From NCBI GenBank assembly GCA_965644265.1, contig OZ286472.1, positions 55,366,001-55,430,000 on the forward strand: a stretch of DNA of 64,000 nucleotides, written 5' to 3'. The stretch comes from Glycera tridactyla. Taxonomy: Eukaryota. The notes under the pieces were generated by a model, which was not told where the DNA came from, made no database searches, and was given only the letters and a program-made list of their open reading frames with translations. Shown in pieces: positions 38,484-51,991 of this stretch. Numbering within the stretch: position 1 is the first letter of the stretch; every line of letters starts with the position of its first letter. The position numbers and the translations under genes are program-made.

Positions 38484-38700
38484 TCACATGACTGCAATTG
38501 TTACATGATCGGTGAATTGGCAGGAGAATGTGCTGCCCTTATCCCGGTTGAGAGAGGGTCCTGTTTGGGAGATGTGTATTGCTTTGGCCACACCTTCCAG
38601 AAACCATCCTGTCTCTTGATGAAGCAATAAAACGTCCCCGTTCAGTGAAGTGCACCCACTGGTGATGTGTTTCACTGATGTTCTCGGATTCACTTCTTTC
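38484..38700 (-). pseudogene. Degenerate PLE GIY-YIG C-terminal remnant
   Basis: LLHQETGWFLEGVAKAIHISQTGPSLNRDKG resembles the PLE W..R.VKEAIYI...P.LNRD.G motif. Confidence 0.7.
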
Positions 38701-39007
38701 CTGAGCGATCCATTTCACCAACATAGATAGAGATGAACAGCAATAGGTGTATGAAGAAAATGCTTGTTGCACGTAGCAATAGATGCACCTATGATGAGTA
38801 ATCTGGCAATTTCATGGTAGAAGCTATATGTTTCATGTCAGTGTTGATAAATCTGTGATGGAGCCTTGTTTATAATGGGCAAGTTGTGTACACAGCGATG
38901 ATGGATCTCATCCATGGCAGCGTGCCCTAAATGCACTCTCTTGCCATTCACCAATCTCTCACTCACCCTCAACCAGCGTTGATCAACAGCAGTGTTGAAT
39001 TCAGGTG

Positions 39008-39218
39008 CAGGGCTCTACGTTGGCCAAAATTTTTAGGGGCCAGCCGGCTCTTAAGTTGAAATTTTTGGTAGCAAGTGAAAATTTTGGTAGCCAGTCAATA
39101 CATTGCCGATTACCTCTCAAAATTTTTGGGGCGGCTGGCTCCTAACTTCTAAAATATGGTAGCCAAGGGGTAAATTTGGTAGCAATTGGCTACCCACAGG
39201 TAGCAACATAGAGCCCTG
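39008..39218. mobile_element. MITE, CAGGGCTCTA family
   Basis: CAGGGCTCTA ... TAGAGCCCTG; GGCTACC/GGTAGCC subterminal motifs; no clean TSD in this copy. Confidence 0.65.
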
Positions 39219-40777
39219 ACTGGTGTGACTGGTTGGTTGGTTGGTTGGTTGGTTGGTTGGTCGGATAGTTATTCAACAGTAGAGATGACATTTGTTCTTG
39301 GTTCCTTTCTTCATCTCATGAGCACCAGATGAGATCCTCAAAATAGGGAAATCCAAACTCGGAACTGTGTGCTAAAAGGCACATAAAAATGGAAAATGAC
39401 ACATACAGCCATATTTGATGTATCCACAAGGCACATGCAATTCAGCATAATTCATAGTTTTACATGATTTGCTGCACATGAAAATGTAGAATGGCACATA
39501 CAAACTGTATCTATCTATGTGCTTGAAAGGTCCACACATTTTTCTGGCCAGAAAAAATTATCACATATTTCATGCCCCAAATCTGTCTCCGGTCGCATAA
39601 AGTGGCCTTTATGGGCAGGTGGTATTCACAGATAGGTAGTCTCTCAAACAGGTTCAATTGCAGTTGAGTAGATAGAATATTGTTGTTTCTCATTGAATGC
39701 ACAATTTGCATTAGTGTGCATACCCATGTTTTCCTAAAAACTGTGCTTTTAAGGAGATCACCCATCCTCCAAAACTGAATACTAAATATGTAATGAACTG
39801 CTGTTTCACACCAGGGAGTGTGCCAAATCGACCAGCGAAATGGCTATGAAAATGAATATCAACACAGTTTTCAATGATTTCAAACGGGAATGTCTAGTGA
39901 CATCAATTGCTTGAAATATCAAAGTGCACACCATCATGATACTGCACATATAGTGATTCCTCTGATCTGGGGCCAAAGAACACTAGGCATATCAGTCTTA
40001 GTTTACGATGTGATGGACAACTGCTGCAGAAAGTCAATCTTATACAGTAAAACCTGCAAAGAGAAACACTCAATGAGAGACTGCCTCTGGCAGGACACTT
40101 TTCCTGGGCAGCTTTTCTATTTCACATAGTCAAATATACTTACGACGAGAGACCACCTCTTTTGTGAGACTGCTTTTTGGTGACATTTAGGGCAGTCTCT
40201 TGTTGCAGATTCCACTGTACATTCAAAGACCATCTCCCTATAAAGACCACCTCTCTATAAAGGCCACTCTGAGCTGTGATCATGGTAATATTTTCAAGAG
40301 ACCTCTCTATAAAGACCACCTCCCTCTAAAGGCCATTTTATTATGCGACGGAAGGCGGTATTCATAGAGAGGTTCTACTGTATCTGCCTCTCTCAGTAGA
40401 CGAGACCTCAACAAAGTTTTCATCAATGATGACCAGGTGAAGATTCAACAATGATTGAGTAATGTCCAACACCTGTTCAACCCAGGCTTGATTATTACGA
40501 CAAAAATTATCATTACAGTGAAACCTGTCTTGGGAGACCCCTCTTTTGGGAGACCACCCTCTAATGGGAGACTGGTCATTATTGGCTCTTCTTTATTTGA
40601 CATAGTCAAATATACCTCCGATGAGAGACCACCTGTCTTGAGAGACCGCTTTTTGTTGACATTTGGGGCGGTCTCCCAAGACAGGTGTTACTGTATAACA
40701 TTACTATAATAGCCAGGTGCTACAACCAGAGTAACATTTCAAGGAGATGAGAGGGTGTTCAGTGTGCAGCCATAGAT

Positions 40778-40935
40778 CAGGGCTCTATGTTAGTTGAAAT
40801 GCAACATGTTGGTACATTGCCAATTACCTCCTCTCAAAATTTATGGGGCAGGTGGCTCCTAACTTTCAAGATATGGTAGCCAGAAGGTAAATTCGGTGGC
40901 CATTGGCTACCCACAGGTAGCAACATGGAGCCCTG
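40778..40935. mobile_element. MITE, CAGGGCTCTA family, 5-bp TSD TAGAT
   Basis: TAGAT|CAGGGCTCTATGTT ... AACATGGAGCCCTG|TAGAT. Confidence 0.8.
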
Positions 40936-43747
40936 TAGATGATACCTATCTGTACAACAAGTGGGGACCATCATCATGAAAAGCTCTCTCACCTACAACA
41001 CATCAAACAACAAAAATTTATCAGATGCCATGAATCATTTATGGCACAAGATACCACCACAGACTGGCGATTGTAACAGAGAGATGATACCCTGCTGAAA
41101 TTAAGTCATACAGTGATACCAGTGACCAGAGATCACTTTAAATGTCATCATATAGTAGTCTCTCAAGAGAGGTAGTCTATCGTCAGAAGGATAATGCCCT
41201 TGGCAGGTTGGAAGTTATCTCTTCTCACAATGAAATATCAGACAGATTTCCGGAAGTAAACAATGACTAGGGGTGACTATAAGAGATGTTCCAGCATGTA
41301 GTGTCAGTTGGTAACCTGTGTTTGATAATACACACCTCTACCCACATCCTACATCACATTGGACAATCCTCAAGAAGGATTAATTGTTGATCACACATCC
41401 CAAACCACATCAGACTTGAATTGAACAAGCCTCAGATGGGCCTGCTATTTCATCATGCACCTATACCCACTCCATACATCACATTGGGCAATACAGTCAC
41501 AGGGACTTGCGGAGGGGTGGGCCCTGCACCATTTGCCACATTCAAATTTGAATTGATCCACTGAGGGATGATGCAATTGGTCACATGACCCACTCTGAAC
41601 AAGGGAAAACATAGCATTTCTGGGTTAATGAGGCTCATTCCAGAGAAATGGCCCACTCAAATCTAAAATGACCCGTGTGATTGGGTCATTTGACACATCA
41701 GTTATTTTTCTCCGCACATCCCTACAGTCAAACTTGTCCTATGCAAGACTTGCACTGCAAGTGTCTTCTGTTCATCCCATCTGAGTATTTCTCAATATAA
41801 CTAACAAGTACTACAATAAAAGCGATGAGTTGCTCTAAGCACGTGGTTTCATCACATCCCTTAGCTCAATGCTTGGGACAAGTTCAACTGTACTTGATAG
41901 GACTCGACAGAATGTTTCTGGCAGGAATATAAAAAGCCTTGCATTTTTTTAGAGCAACTTATGAGTCCACTGTGGAAATGTGTGCAATGCCCCCAAACAA
42001 TGACTCTGCGTGCATCCCTGAATGAGGATGCAGTTTTTGTGAGATGAATGCTGAATTTGGTGAGAGTGTTGATGGATGAGCTGGCGAGAGCAGGGTTAAG
42101 TCCTATGAGGCGAGTCTGGCTGAGATGGACATGGTTCTACCAGCACTACCTGCCTGACATAGTAATGTGCGACTGGTGTGCAGTCAACCACCCAGCTCCA
42201 TTTAACTCACCACCTCCTTCATCTGAGTTACACCAATCTTGATGATGAGCCGACTCCTGCACTACATATTACAGTCAAACCTGCTTCAAAGGCCACCTCC
42301 ACACAACATGCACTCAAAACTTACAGTACACCACAGTGATATTTCTCTCAATATTTATTTAGAATGTGATTTCAATACAGTAAATCATCTCTTGTGAGAC
42401 CTCATATTGAGACCACCTGTCTTTCGAGACCATCTTCTGTGTTCCCTTTGTCTATTTGACATACAGTGAGACCTGTGATGAGAGACCGCCCTAAATGTTA
42501 CCAGAAAGTAGTCCCTCAAAAGAGGCGGTCTCTGGTTGGAGGTATATTTGACTATGTCAAATCAAAAAGCTGCCCTGGAAAAGCGGTCTCCTATCGCAGG
42601 TGGTCCCTCATCGCAGGTTTAGTGTACCAACAATACCTCCAACTCTTTTGTAAGACCAGTTTTTGTTCAAAATGATCAACGATGACATCAGGACTTATTT
42701 GAATTTTATTTGGAGGTACATCTCATGAAGAGGCTACCGTATTCTCCCTAATTAATGAGAAGGGGGGGGGGGGGGGGGGGGCTTATCTGTTCAAGATGTC
42801 AAAAATCACTGATAGACAATAATCAAGTATTTTAGTCTGACATAAATTTGCTCATTGCGTGACAACTGCCTGTTTATGTCAATCATTCTGACTCATTGTT
42901 AACTGAATCTGATTCATCAAATTTGACAATTGGTCTGACAGAATTCTGAATCAGGCTGACAACTGAGAAATCTCTTAAAGAGATACTGTTGAACCTACTC
43001 AAGAGACCACCTCTCAATAAAGGGCACCCAGAGCTGCAACCGTGATAGTATTTCCAACAGTAAATACAGAGGCCACCTGCCTACAAAGGCCACTTTTTGA
43101 TGTGATAGAAGGTAACCTTCATGGACAGGTTTGTCATACATCTGCATCAAGCCATGATTCCTGGCGAAACAATCCAGATCCAGCAGAGTCGATCTTGATG
43201 GAAACCTGCATCCAACTGTGAACAGACACCTGTCCTCACTCAAATATTGAAGACACAGGGATCACTCTACCATCAACTAGGAGCACCAACATTGGAGCTG
43301 ATTCTCCTAGTTGCTATGGTTTCTCACAGTAACCATAGCAACTGGATGACTTACTTCAATACGAAGCTGATGTTGATCAGAGTGAAATGGTGGGCCAGGT
43401 CAAAGGTGTAGGGTAAGGGCCAGGAGGCCTGTACAGTTTATGTTGTCCAGAGTCTGGCGTTGGGGGCCTGGGGAGCGTAAACTGGAGGCTTTACTACATG
43501 ATGCAAGGTGCAAATTAGGCGCTGACAATGATAAACCTAGGTTTACAGTCACCCTCGGGACTCCTCATTTATAACCCGCCCAAATAAGGGTGCACCAGCT
43601 GAAAGACGCCTCCTCCTTTCTAATCATGAGGAACATCCATGTTGCAAACCTACACAATTCTGTGAATAACACTTGCTCATTTAGTCATGATGCTCAAGAA
43701 GATGTACTCTCTGGGATGCTGATTTTGATGAATGGAATTGGCAACTA

Positions 43748-43907
43748 CAGTCGAGCCTGTCTATAAAGACCGCCTTTGGTCGCATCAAAAAGTGGTCTTT
43801 ATGGGCAGGTGGTCTTGATAGAGAGGTCATTTACTGTTGAAAATACTACCACGGTCGCAGCTCAGGTGGTCTTTATAGAGAGGTGGTCTTTAGTGCAGGT
43901 TCGACTG
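43748..43907. mobile_element. TA-flanked CAGTCGAACC MITE
   Basis: Near-identical to 38296-38472. Confidence 0.85.
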
Positions 43908-44469
43908 TATGCAACATTTCATTTGGTGATGATGGTATCATTTGCAATTGACCAAAAAGAAAAAAAAAACGTCAATCTCTAGCAGGAAATGCTCGAGTAT
44001 CAGCCACAGATATGAAGACCATCACTCATTATTTGAATGATTGGTATTCCTGCATTCCTGCTGATGAGACTTCAGTCGTCAGTAAATATTCTGTGTGAAA
44101 AAAAATCAGAAAGTGATTTCTCTCATAATGTGTAGGCAACTAGAAGGGCCCAATTAAATTTTTGATTATTTTCAAACAATTCAAGATGCTTTCACCATCT
44201 TCACCGCTGCCACCCTTAATGCTGCCGACAAGGAATGAGTACAATGATGGCATTGTTGATGGGGATGATGAAGATGACGATGAGGATAAGGACAATGATG
44301 ATGACTTTGTAAATGATGATGCAGGCAATGAACAATGACTGTAAAATGTTTGATCAACACACTGGGGGACTGGAATGGATCAGTGAAAAAATTTCATTCT
44401 TCAATGCAGCGGAACACATTCCTCACCAGATGAATTTTGATAACTAGGCCACTCACAGACATGAATGCA

Positions 44470-44716
44470 CGCATGCACGCACGCTTGCTCGCTCACTCAC
44501 TCACTCACTCACTCACTCTCACACACATTTTTCAGTGATAGAAATCATGTCAGAGACATATTTCCGGATTGTACTGGCAACAGGTCCATTAAATGTGTTC
44601 CAAACGCCCAACTTATTTTTTGGCTTGTATGGGATTTGAACCATCAACCTTCAAGTTTGGCACCCTCGCCAGCAACAAACTGCCAACGCTCTTGTCCTCT
44701 ACACCACGGCGGATCC
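44470..44716 (-). mobile_element. tRNA-derived SINE with (GAGT)n tail
   Basis: Minus strand: A-box-like TGGTGTAGAGG (44696-44706), B-box GGTTCAAATCC (44632-44642), body, microsatellite tail. Confidence 0.65.
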
Positions 44717-44809
44717 ACAAAAACGGATTCGCTATGGATGCAGTTAAGCCAGAGCACTGGCAGTGTGTTACCCGAAGAGGTCAATGTATCACGAAACCTG
44801 GCACTCACA

Positions 44810-45060
44810 TTCACACACATTTTTTTAGTGATAGAAATCATGTCAGAGACATATTTCCAGATTGTACTGGCAACAGGTCCATGAAATGTGTTCCAAACTC
44901 CCTCTCTCCATCCCTCTCCCTCACTCCCCCCCCTATCTCTCTCTGAAATGTTTAAAATTACCACCTCTCCGCTGTAAATCGACGACCATTCTTCTTTTTG
45001 AAGAAATTTCTTGTTTGGCTTGTATGGGATTTGAACCATCAACCTTCCAGTTTGGCACCC
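44810..45060 (-). mobile_element. Second tandem copy of the tRNA-derived SINE, running into the gap
   Basis: Repeats GATAGAAATCATGTCAGAGACATATTTCC..GGCAACAGGTCC and the B-box region. Confidence 0.6.
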
Positions 45061-45244
45061 NNNNNNNNNNNNNNNNNNNNNNNNNNNNNNNNNNNNNNNN
45101 NNNNNNNNNNNNNNNNNNNNNNNNNNNNNNNNNNNNNNNNNNNNNNNNNNNNNNNNNNNNNNNNNNNNNNNNNNNNNNNNNNNNNNNNNNNNNNNNNNNN
45201 NNNNNNNNNNNNNNNNNNNNNNNNNNNNNNNNNNNNNNNNNNNN
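45061..45244. other. Assembly gap (N run)
   Basis: N bases. Confidence 1.
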
Positions 45245-45847
45245 TGGCAGAAATGATTCATAGAATCACCTGTTACCATAGCAACTGCTGAGTATAATAC
45301 AAGTCATGGTATCTTCATTGCATCATGAGTTGTCATAGTTACGGGAAAGGATGGCCATCCAACAGAGATCAGAAGCCAGTACAATTGTCATCGGGATGGT
45401 GTATGTGTCATCAAACGCGATGAAAGGACTGCTACACGTGATTTATCCACCTGTTGCGCCGACAGTGAGAAGTCATCGCAACAAAATTACGATTTCTGGC
45501 ACTTTTCATCTCACTACTGATGGATCTCCACGTGGCAACTCAATAAAGTCTGAACCATATAATGCCCTCCTGAATAAAATACAATTTGATTATGATCCGT
45601 CAGTGACAAATGATGCCCTCCAACTCCAATCTTCAGGGGCAATGGCAATAATCCAGGGGCCTAGATGGAAGGTACATACATCTACATACTGAAGAAATTT
45701 CGTGGATGGCTCTCTGACCTTCTTCTGGGATGCACGCAGAAGTCAAACTTCACTGCTTGATGTAGGACAGAATGACAGATACTTATGCAAGAGTAGCATA
45801 TTGTACATACCAGAATATCTGTTGGGGATGATCTATATTGCATTTTC

Positions 45848-46120
45848 GTTTGTTTGTTTGAGGTTTAACGGCATGTATCAACCCTAGGGATATGTATGCC
45901 ATGTGTTCCTGATTAATGAAAGCTAGATATTCTCTCCCCTGTAGACATCTCTCTCACAAACCCTGAACACAAGATGATGGAGAACCTGAGAGGTTGTCAA
46001 GTGGAAGTAGCTGACAGTTCAGACACACCTCTACCTACTCAACATATATGTATAACAAACCTATTGATGGCATATCTAACTGTGTAACTGGCTGGAAGCT
46101 CACACTCAAGCCTGATAACA
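45848..46120 (-). repeat. Dispersed SINE-like repeat copy with (AAAC)n tail
   Basis: Homologous to 27228-27520. Confidence 0.65.
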
Positions 46121-46756
46121 ATGAAACTGAACAGGCCAAAATATATAATGCACATGGAAAATTAATGCAACAGCAATGAAGGGGCCTCCTCAGCGATATC
46201 GCAAGATTTTTGAAATCTCTCCAGAAATAGATAGAAATTTTGATACATAATGGTGTACTGAATCAAATCCAGCACATCTACAATATTTGGTACTACTGCC
46301 AAAAATGTACATTCCACATTATGAAGATGTCCCACTGCATGTAATGTACAGGTCATCAAGGAAAATTGAGAGTTCTATAGCCGAATGTCAATAGGAGACG
46401 ACAGTATTAGTTTTGTTATGTCAGGGTAGAATTCATGCAATTCTCAGCTAAGGTGATATTTATACAGGTTGGATGAAAAACTTGTAACATTTTTCTGGCA
46501 ATTTTTTGAAAATAGTACTGGTTTAAAACAAATATTTGTATATTGAGTTAGTTCTCACACCTCATTGCAATTACTGTGGCCTTGAATGAAATATGCTAAT
46601 TTTTCACACTGTAATACCCTTTGTCAGTCTAGTGCCACCAAAAATGTTGTGAAAAGACAAAAAACAACAATCAATCATGTTGCCTAGATGCCCAATGTCT
46701 GGAGAGAAAAAAATTGGTTACTATCATGAATGCACTGATCACACCAATTATGAGTA

Positions 46757-47393
46757 CCTTATTCTCCCTTATTAGCGCCTAACCCTCATTAGCGCCCCCC
46801 CCCCCCCCCCCCCCCCAAAGGGAGAGCGGAGTCATTTTGACAGCCCCGGATGTTCAAATTTTGCGCTCAATCTGCCGGCAAGGAGGCCAGATCAAACATG
46901 GCGGCGCAAGTGTATGAAGAAGCCGCTTGACCAACTGTTGAAATCTCCGCTGTCTTCGGCAAATATTCAACGGATTTGCGAGATTCATGCATGGATACCA
47001 CACGATTTTATACTAAGGAATTCATTCATATGATCGTTTTTACTGTAGGTTCGATATTTCATGGACATTAATTGCGGCAAACTACGTCTGAAAACACGGG
47101 ATTGACTTGTCAAAGTGAATATGGTTATGCAGACGCCGCTCTTTATCACTGTTTATTCAACAAATATTCTTTGCATCCTTGTAGTTATATCGTTTTATCT
47201 CCTATATGACACCAATAGAGACCGAGTACTACATTTATCGAATGTTTCTTTGATATTTCACCAGCCACCGGTGTTATATTTGCGAAAATACTCTATTATC
47301 GCCTATTGGTGATTTTTTTTCATATCTTGAACAAATAAGCGCCCCCTTTCTCAATTAGCAAGCGCCCTGGGTCCCTAATTAGGGAGAATACGG
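46757..47393. mobile_element. TA-flanked MITE with CCGTATTCTCCCT termini (pogo/Tigger-like)
   Basis: TA|CCTTATTCTCCCTTATTAG ... CTAATTAGGGAGAATACGG|TA; a related terminus is at ~42735. Confidence 0.75.
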
Positions 47394-48085
47394 TACTTGT
47401 GATTGATCATTACTGTTCTCATCTATTTCAATCAATTAAGATTTATTCATTGGCCCATGAATCAATGGCCGCTTTCAGCAACAAATAGCTCCAGCCTTTG
47501 AGACTCTAATATGTTGGTTCTTGCAAAAATTGACTGTAGGATATTTTCTATCGCCGACGTTGGAAATCAACGGGAGCACAAAAGGCTTAATCTCATTGCT
47601 CAACACTTGATGCATGTGTACGTGCCAGCTGAACCTGACATCTAGCAGCAACATCAAACAACACACCACCAACTTATATCCTCATTTGCAATCCTCGTAA
47701 AAATACGATCAATCAAGGGAAATGTTTTCATTGAATTGAAGCATTCAGAGAATGTGTCAAGTAGGACAAGACAAAGAGGTGTAATGCTACTATATGCGCT
47801 AGAGATTTATTGCCCGGTTGTATCTCTGAATCATAATGATTCACATCATTATTTTTATGCTGCATTCAATTCTTTGAAGGACAATTTTTGTTGATCTGTT
47901 CTCTATACACTTATTGAGGATGGCTATACAATAGCGAGTGCTCCCTACCCCCCCACCTCAACCCTCCCTCACAGGCACTGAGACTGACACAGACACAGAC
48001 ATAGACACAGACACTTTTTTTTATTAATTTCATGTCAGTGACATGATACACGGGCAACAGGTCCATGAAATGTGTCAAATGCCCA

Positions 48086-48330
48086 NNNNNNNNNNNNNNN
48101 NNNNNNNNNNNNNNNNNNNNNNNNNNNNNNNNNNNNNNNNNNNNNNNNNNNNNNNNNNNNNNNNNNNNNNNNNNNNNNNNNNNNNNNNNNNNNNNNNNNN
48201 NNNNNNNNNNNNNNNNNNNNNNNNNNNNNNNNNNNNNNNNNNNNNNNNNNNNNNNNNNNNNNNNNNNNNNNNNNNNNNNNNNNNNNNNNNNNNNNNNNNN
48301 NNNNNNNNNNNNNNNNNNNNNNNNNNNNNN
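48086..48330. other. Assembly gap (N run)
   Basis: N bases. Confidence 1.
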
Positions 48331-51300
48331 ATATTTCTATAGAAATTAGGAATGCATGCCATTTCTCAATACCTATAGTTCAATCTTGTTCGGACTGTCT
48401 GTGAGCATTTCATTCATTGGCACACATCTAACCGGTGATTAATTGAAAGTTTAATGCTCTGGTTATCACCATGAAGGCTAAACCAACATGTATCTCCAAA
48501 ATTTTCAAGGAATTTGAGTTGCTCACTTGCTGCAGGTTCATATGTGTGCCCATATCCCTGCACACAGCATCTTAAGACTCTTAACCACCCCACCAAGTGA
48601 GTTACTGAGATAAACCAGAGGCCATTCTGGCAACAACCATGCAGTCCTAGGTGTTCACTATCTAGAGGAAAACATACAGTAAATCCTGTGATAAGAGACA
48701 ATCCTTAATGTAATAAGAAGGCCTCAGTGATGCGTGATCCCCTGCCGATGTGGGAGCTATTTCAGTGAGCACCTCTGCATCTTGAACTGCCAACAAGTAG
48801 CTTATTACTTACCCAAGTTTGGAAGTGAATAAATATGTCCACTCAGCAAGATGCTAATGGTAATGCTGATCTGGTGTGAATCAATGCATCAGTTTGGGAC
48901 AGATGGATTTGGATGAGTGCATACCATCCTGAATTGTTTGAGGCCATCAAACTATCTGTGAGCAGCCCTTCACTTGCCCAATCCCAGGATAAATGTGTCA
49001 GTGTACACATCGAGACATCACAGAATGTTAATCTGGCGTAAATCAATGCATCGATTTCTTCAGATTTGGTTGACAGAGTGCATGCGATTGAGAAGTGTTT
49101 CAAGCTCCCCAACTGTCCATGGGCGGCCCAGCACTTGCCCAGGCTCCTAATGAAGGTGCCAGTGCACATGTGAACAATTAGACACATCAAGAAGAGTTGA
49201 TTTGGTATGAATCAGTGCATTGGATTTGAATATATGTGTTCCGCTGAGTGCAGGGATCTTGATCGACCGCGTCCTCGCGCCATCGCCCCATCAAACGAAT
49301 GAAACCTGCATGCTTTTTCCTGTGTGCGCCCGCCTCGGCGCATAAAATATTGGTCAATTTTGCATGAAAACGTCTAAATCTCATTTGAAATGGGCAAGTC
49401 CATTCTGAAACAGTCAAATTGGCAAAATATAGCGGTCAGAAGAGATGTTTATTCCTTTTCATCTTCAAGATATCAAAGATGGCGCCCAAATCTCGCGCGA
49501 ACTCCCGCGGCACTAGTTCCTGGACCAACCAGGATGAGAAATTAACTCTTTTGAGACCAATTTCTGGTGACATTCAAGGTTGTCTTCCACAGTAGGTTTC
49601 ACTGTATATGAACTTCACATGACGTACAGGGATATTCCTGGGTGAGACTTTGGGCGAATCTCTAATTAAATTCTTAAATGTCTCATTAACTCTGATCAGA
49701 GGTCCAACAGGTACAGTCACACCTGCTCTAAGCATGAAGCCATGGGATGTGAAGAACAAGTGCGCTTTGAGCAAGTTGATGCTGAGTACAAGTCAAATAT
49801 ATTGAAAAATACTCAGGTGGGATGAACCGAATCTAGTTGCTTAGGACAAGTTCTTATTACCTACAAGTCTTGCTTAGAATGATTTCAACTGTTCCGGAAT
49901 TCTACTTACTTCAAGCTACAATGTAACCTGTGACGAAAGACCTCTGATGAGAGAACGCTTTTCCATGGCAGCGTTCTTATTTGAGTATGTCAAATATACC
50001 TCTGATGAGAGACCACTTTATTGCAAGAAGCCTTTTTGGTGGCATTTTGACGGTCTCTCATCGCATTTTTCACTGTATTTCAAAGTATACTTTAGTCTGC
50101 TATCAATACATTTGTCTGCTCACAGTAAGAAAACCTCGATCTAGCTGAGGGTTTCCACTCATAATGCAGACTACATATCAGTATGAAATATTTCATTTCT
50201 GGTACGTGAGAAATTGTCTGATCAAGCTCCGAATTGTCCAATTGGTTTCATGTCGTGTGGGAGACTGTCTCACCACCCAGGAATGTCCCTGGACATATCA
50301 TCTAGCATGTGAAGGATTCTTGTGAAATGTCTTACTTGACTGTCCCACTGACACTGATCGTGGTATAAACAGTTTGCTGACTTAGATTCTGTGCGTCTCG
50401 CAAGTGACCCGACCGGGTCATTAGGCCGCTTGATCAGCGCGTCAACGGTGCCAGCGGACAATTGTGACAAACTGCGACATAACTCAGCACGCTCGCCACT
50501 AGATGTCATCTTACGCTGTCAATACGTATAATGTTATGGGCACATAAAGTACACTGACTGTCAGTATAAAACACAGAGCCTGTCACTGCTTCGTCAGATT
50601 ACGCCGTGAATTTAAAGCCTCGTCCGTTCCGATAATGACATAGAATGGACGACGCTACACCAATCTAATAGGCCATTATGTGAGCTGTGTTGTGTAAATT
50701 ACGCCCAACCTTGTATGATCCTTGCATTCTGATATACCTCCGCTTTGTGAACTATTCAAACTTCTAATCCTGGATTATTCCTACAAGACGGGATTTTACA
50801 ATGCAATAAACTCTGATTTGTCCTACCTTTTTGACAAGACACGTGCCATCTAGGATGTAACATGTATCTGATCTAATGACAGCCCCAATTCCAAGAAATC
50901 TCACCAAAGTATATTCTCAGGGATGCCAAACTCTGATGACCAAAATCAGTAATGATGCCAATCTTTAAGTAGTAATGATGGCAGTATTTAAGGAGTAATG
51001 ATGGCAGCATTTGCAATGATCGAAATCGAGGATCCTGAATTTCTAGGAGAAATGTCAATGTTGAAATGCCAAAATTTGGCTTAAAAAGAGAACTCATTGA
51101 TCCAAAATTCATGATGGTTGGTATCAGTTGAATCAGTGACATATATACCAAGGTCAGGGTGGCATTTGCAAGCCAGTGGCATTCGTAGAGACCTACTATC
51201 TACAAAGACAACTATTTGATCTTCGTGGACAGGTTTGACTGTAATAAGGATTTAATTTCGTAACGAAATTTGAGCTAGGATTGTGATGAGAAAAGTGGCA

Positions 51301-51800
51301 ACAAGTAAATGTAACCTGGCAATCATCAAACTTGAGACTGTAACTTCTGTGTCTAACATATTGCAATCAACCGGCAACTTCCCCCCTACACACTATATGT
51401 GCGTGTAATCAGTGGATCATCTCTCTGACAAAAAACCCGCTTGAGTAGAAACTTTTCTCACAAATTTTGTGTGGGTTGTTAGTGAGATGAATGGGGCGGG
51501 CAAGCTGGCTAGTGTGCAGAGAGTGTGGTCAACGACTACGACGACGTAACACGTGGCAAGCTAAGCCACTCACGCCACACATCACCGCCACTAGTTGACA
51601 TTAATACTCACTTCTAATTGGCTGAAATGTCCACCGCTATGAGACGCCTACTCTCATCACTGCCCCCTTTCTACATGCACAAATTCGCCATGTTCCAACC
51701 AGAATTCGAAGAGGGTGGCGTAGGATAACGTAGGGGGCTGCCATCAATGGCACCTGGATTTGGGGGTTAACTGATTGATAGGTCAGAGTTTGACAGCATG

Positions 51801-51991
51801 CAGGGTTGCATCCAGGATTTCCTAAATTTTAGACTTTTGCCCCCCCCCCCCAAATATTTTCAGAAAAGCAGGCATTCCTCCACAAAATCACTCAAGAGTA
51901 GGTTCAGTCAACAGGGTATGAATGCAAGCCACTCATTGATTTAGGGGGCATTGTGGCCCCTGATGCCCCTGATGCCCCGGAAGCATCCCTG
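51801..51991. mobile_element. MITE (CAGGGTTGCATCC family), apparent 7-bp TSD CAGCATG
   Basis: CAGCATG|CAGGGTTGCATCC ... GGAAGCATCCCTG|CAGCATG. Confidence 0.7.

Noticed and set aside
44060-44090. CTGATGA-GAC-TTCA-GTC as a hammerhead
   Set aside because: Stem II-like hairpin is followed by GTCA rather than GAAA and no stem I is evident
17772-48404. ORFs containing X runs
   Set aside because: Artefacts of reading through N-gaps
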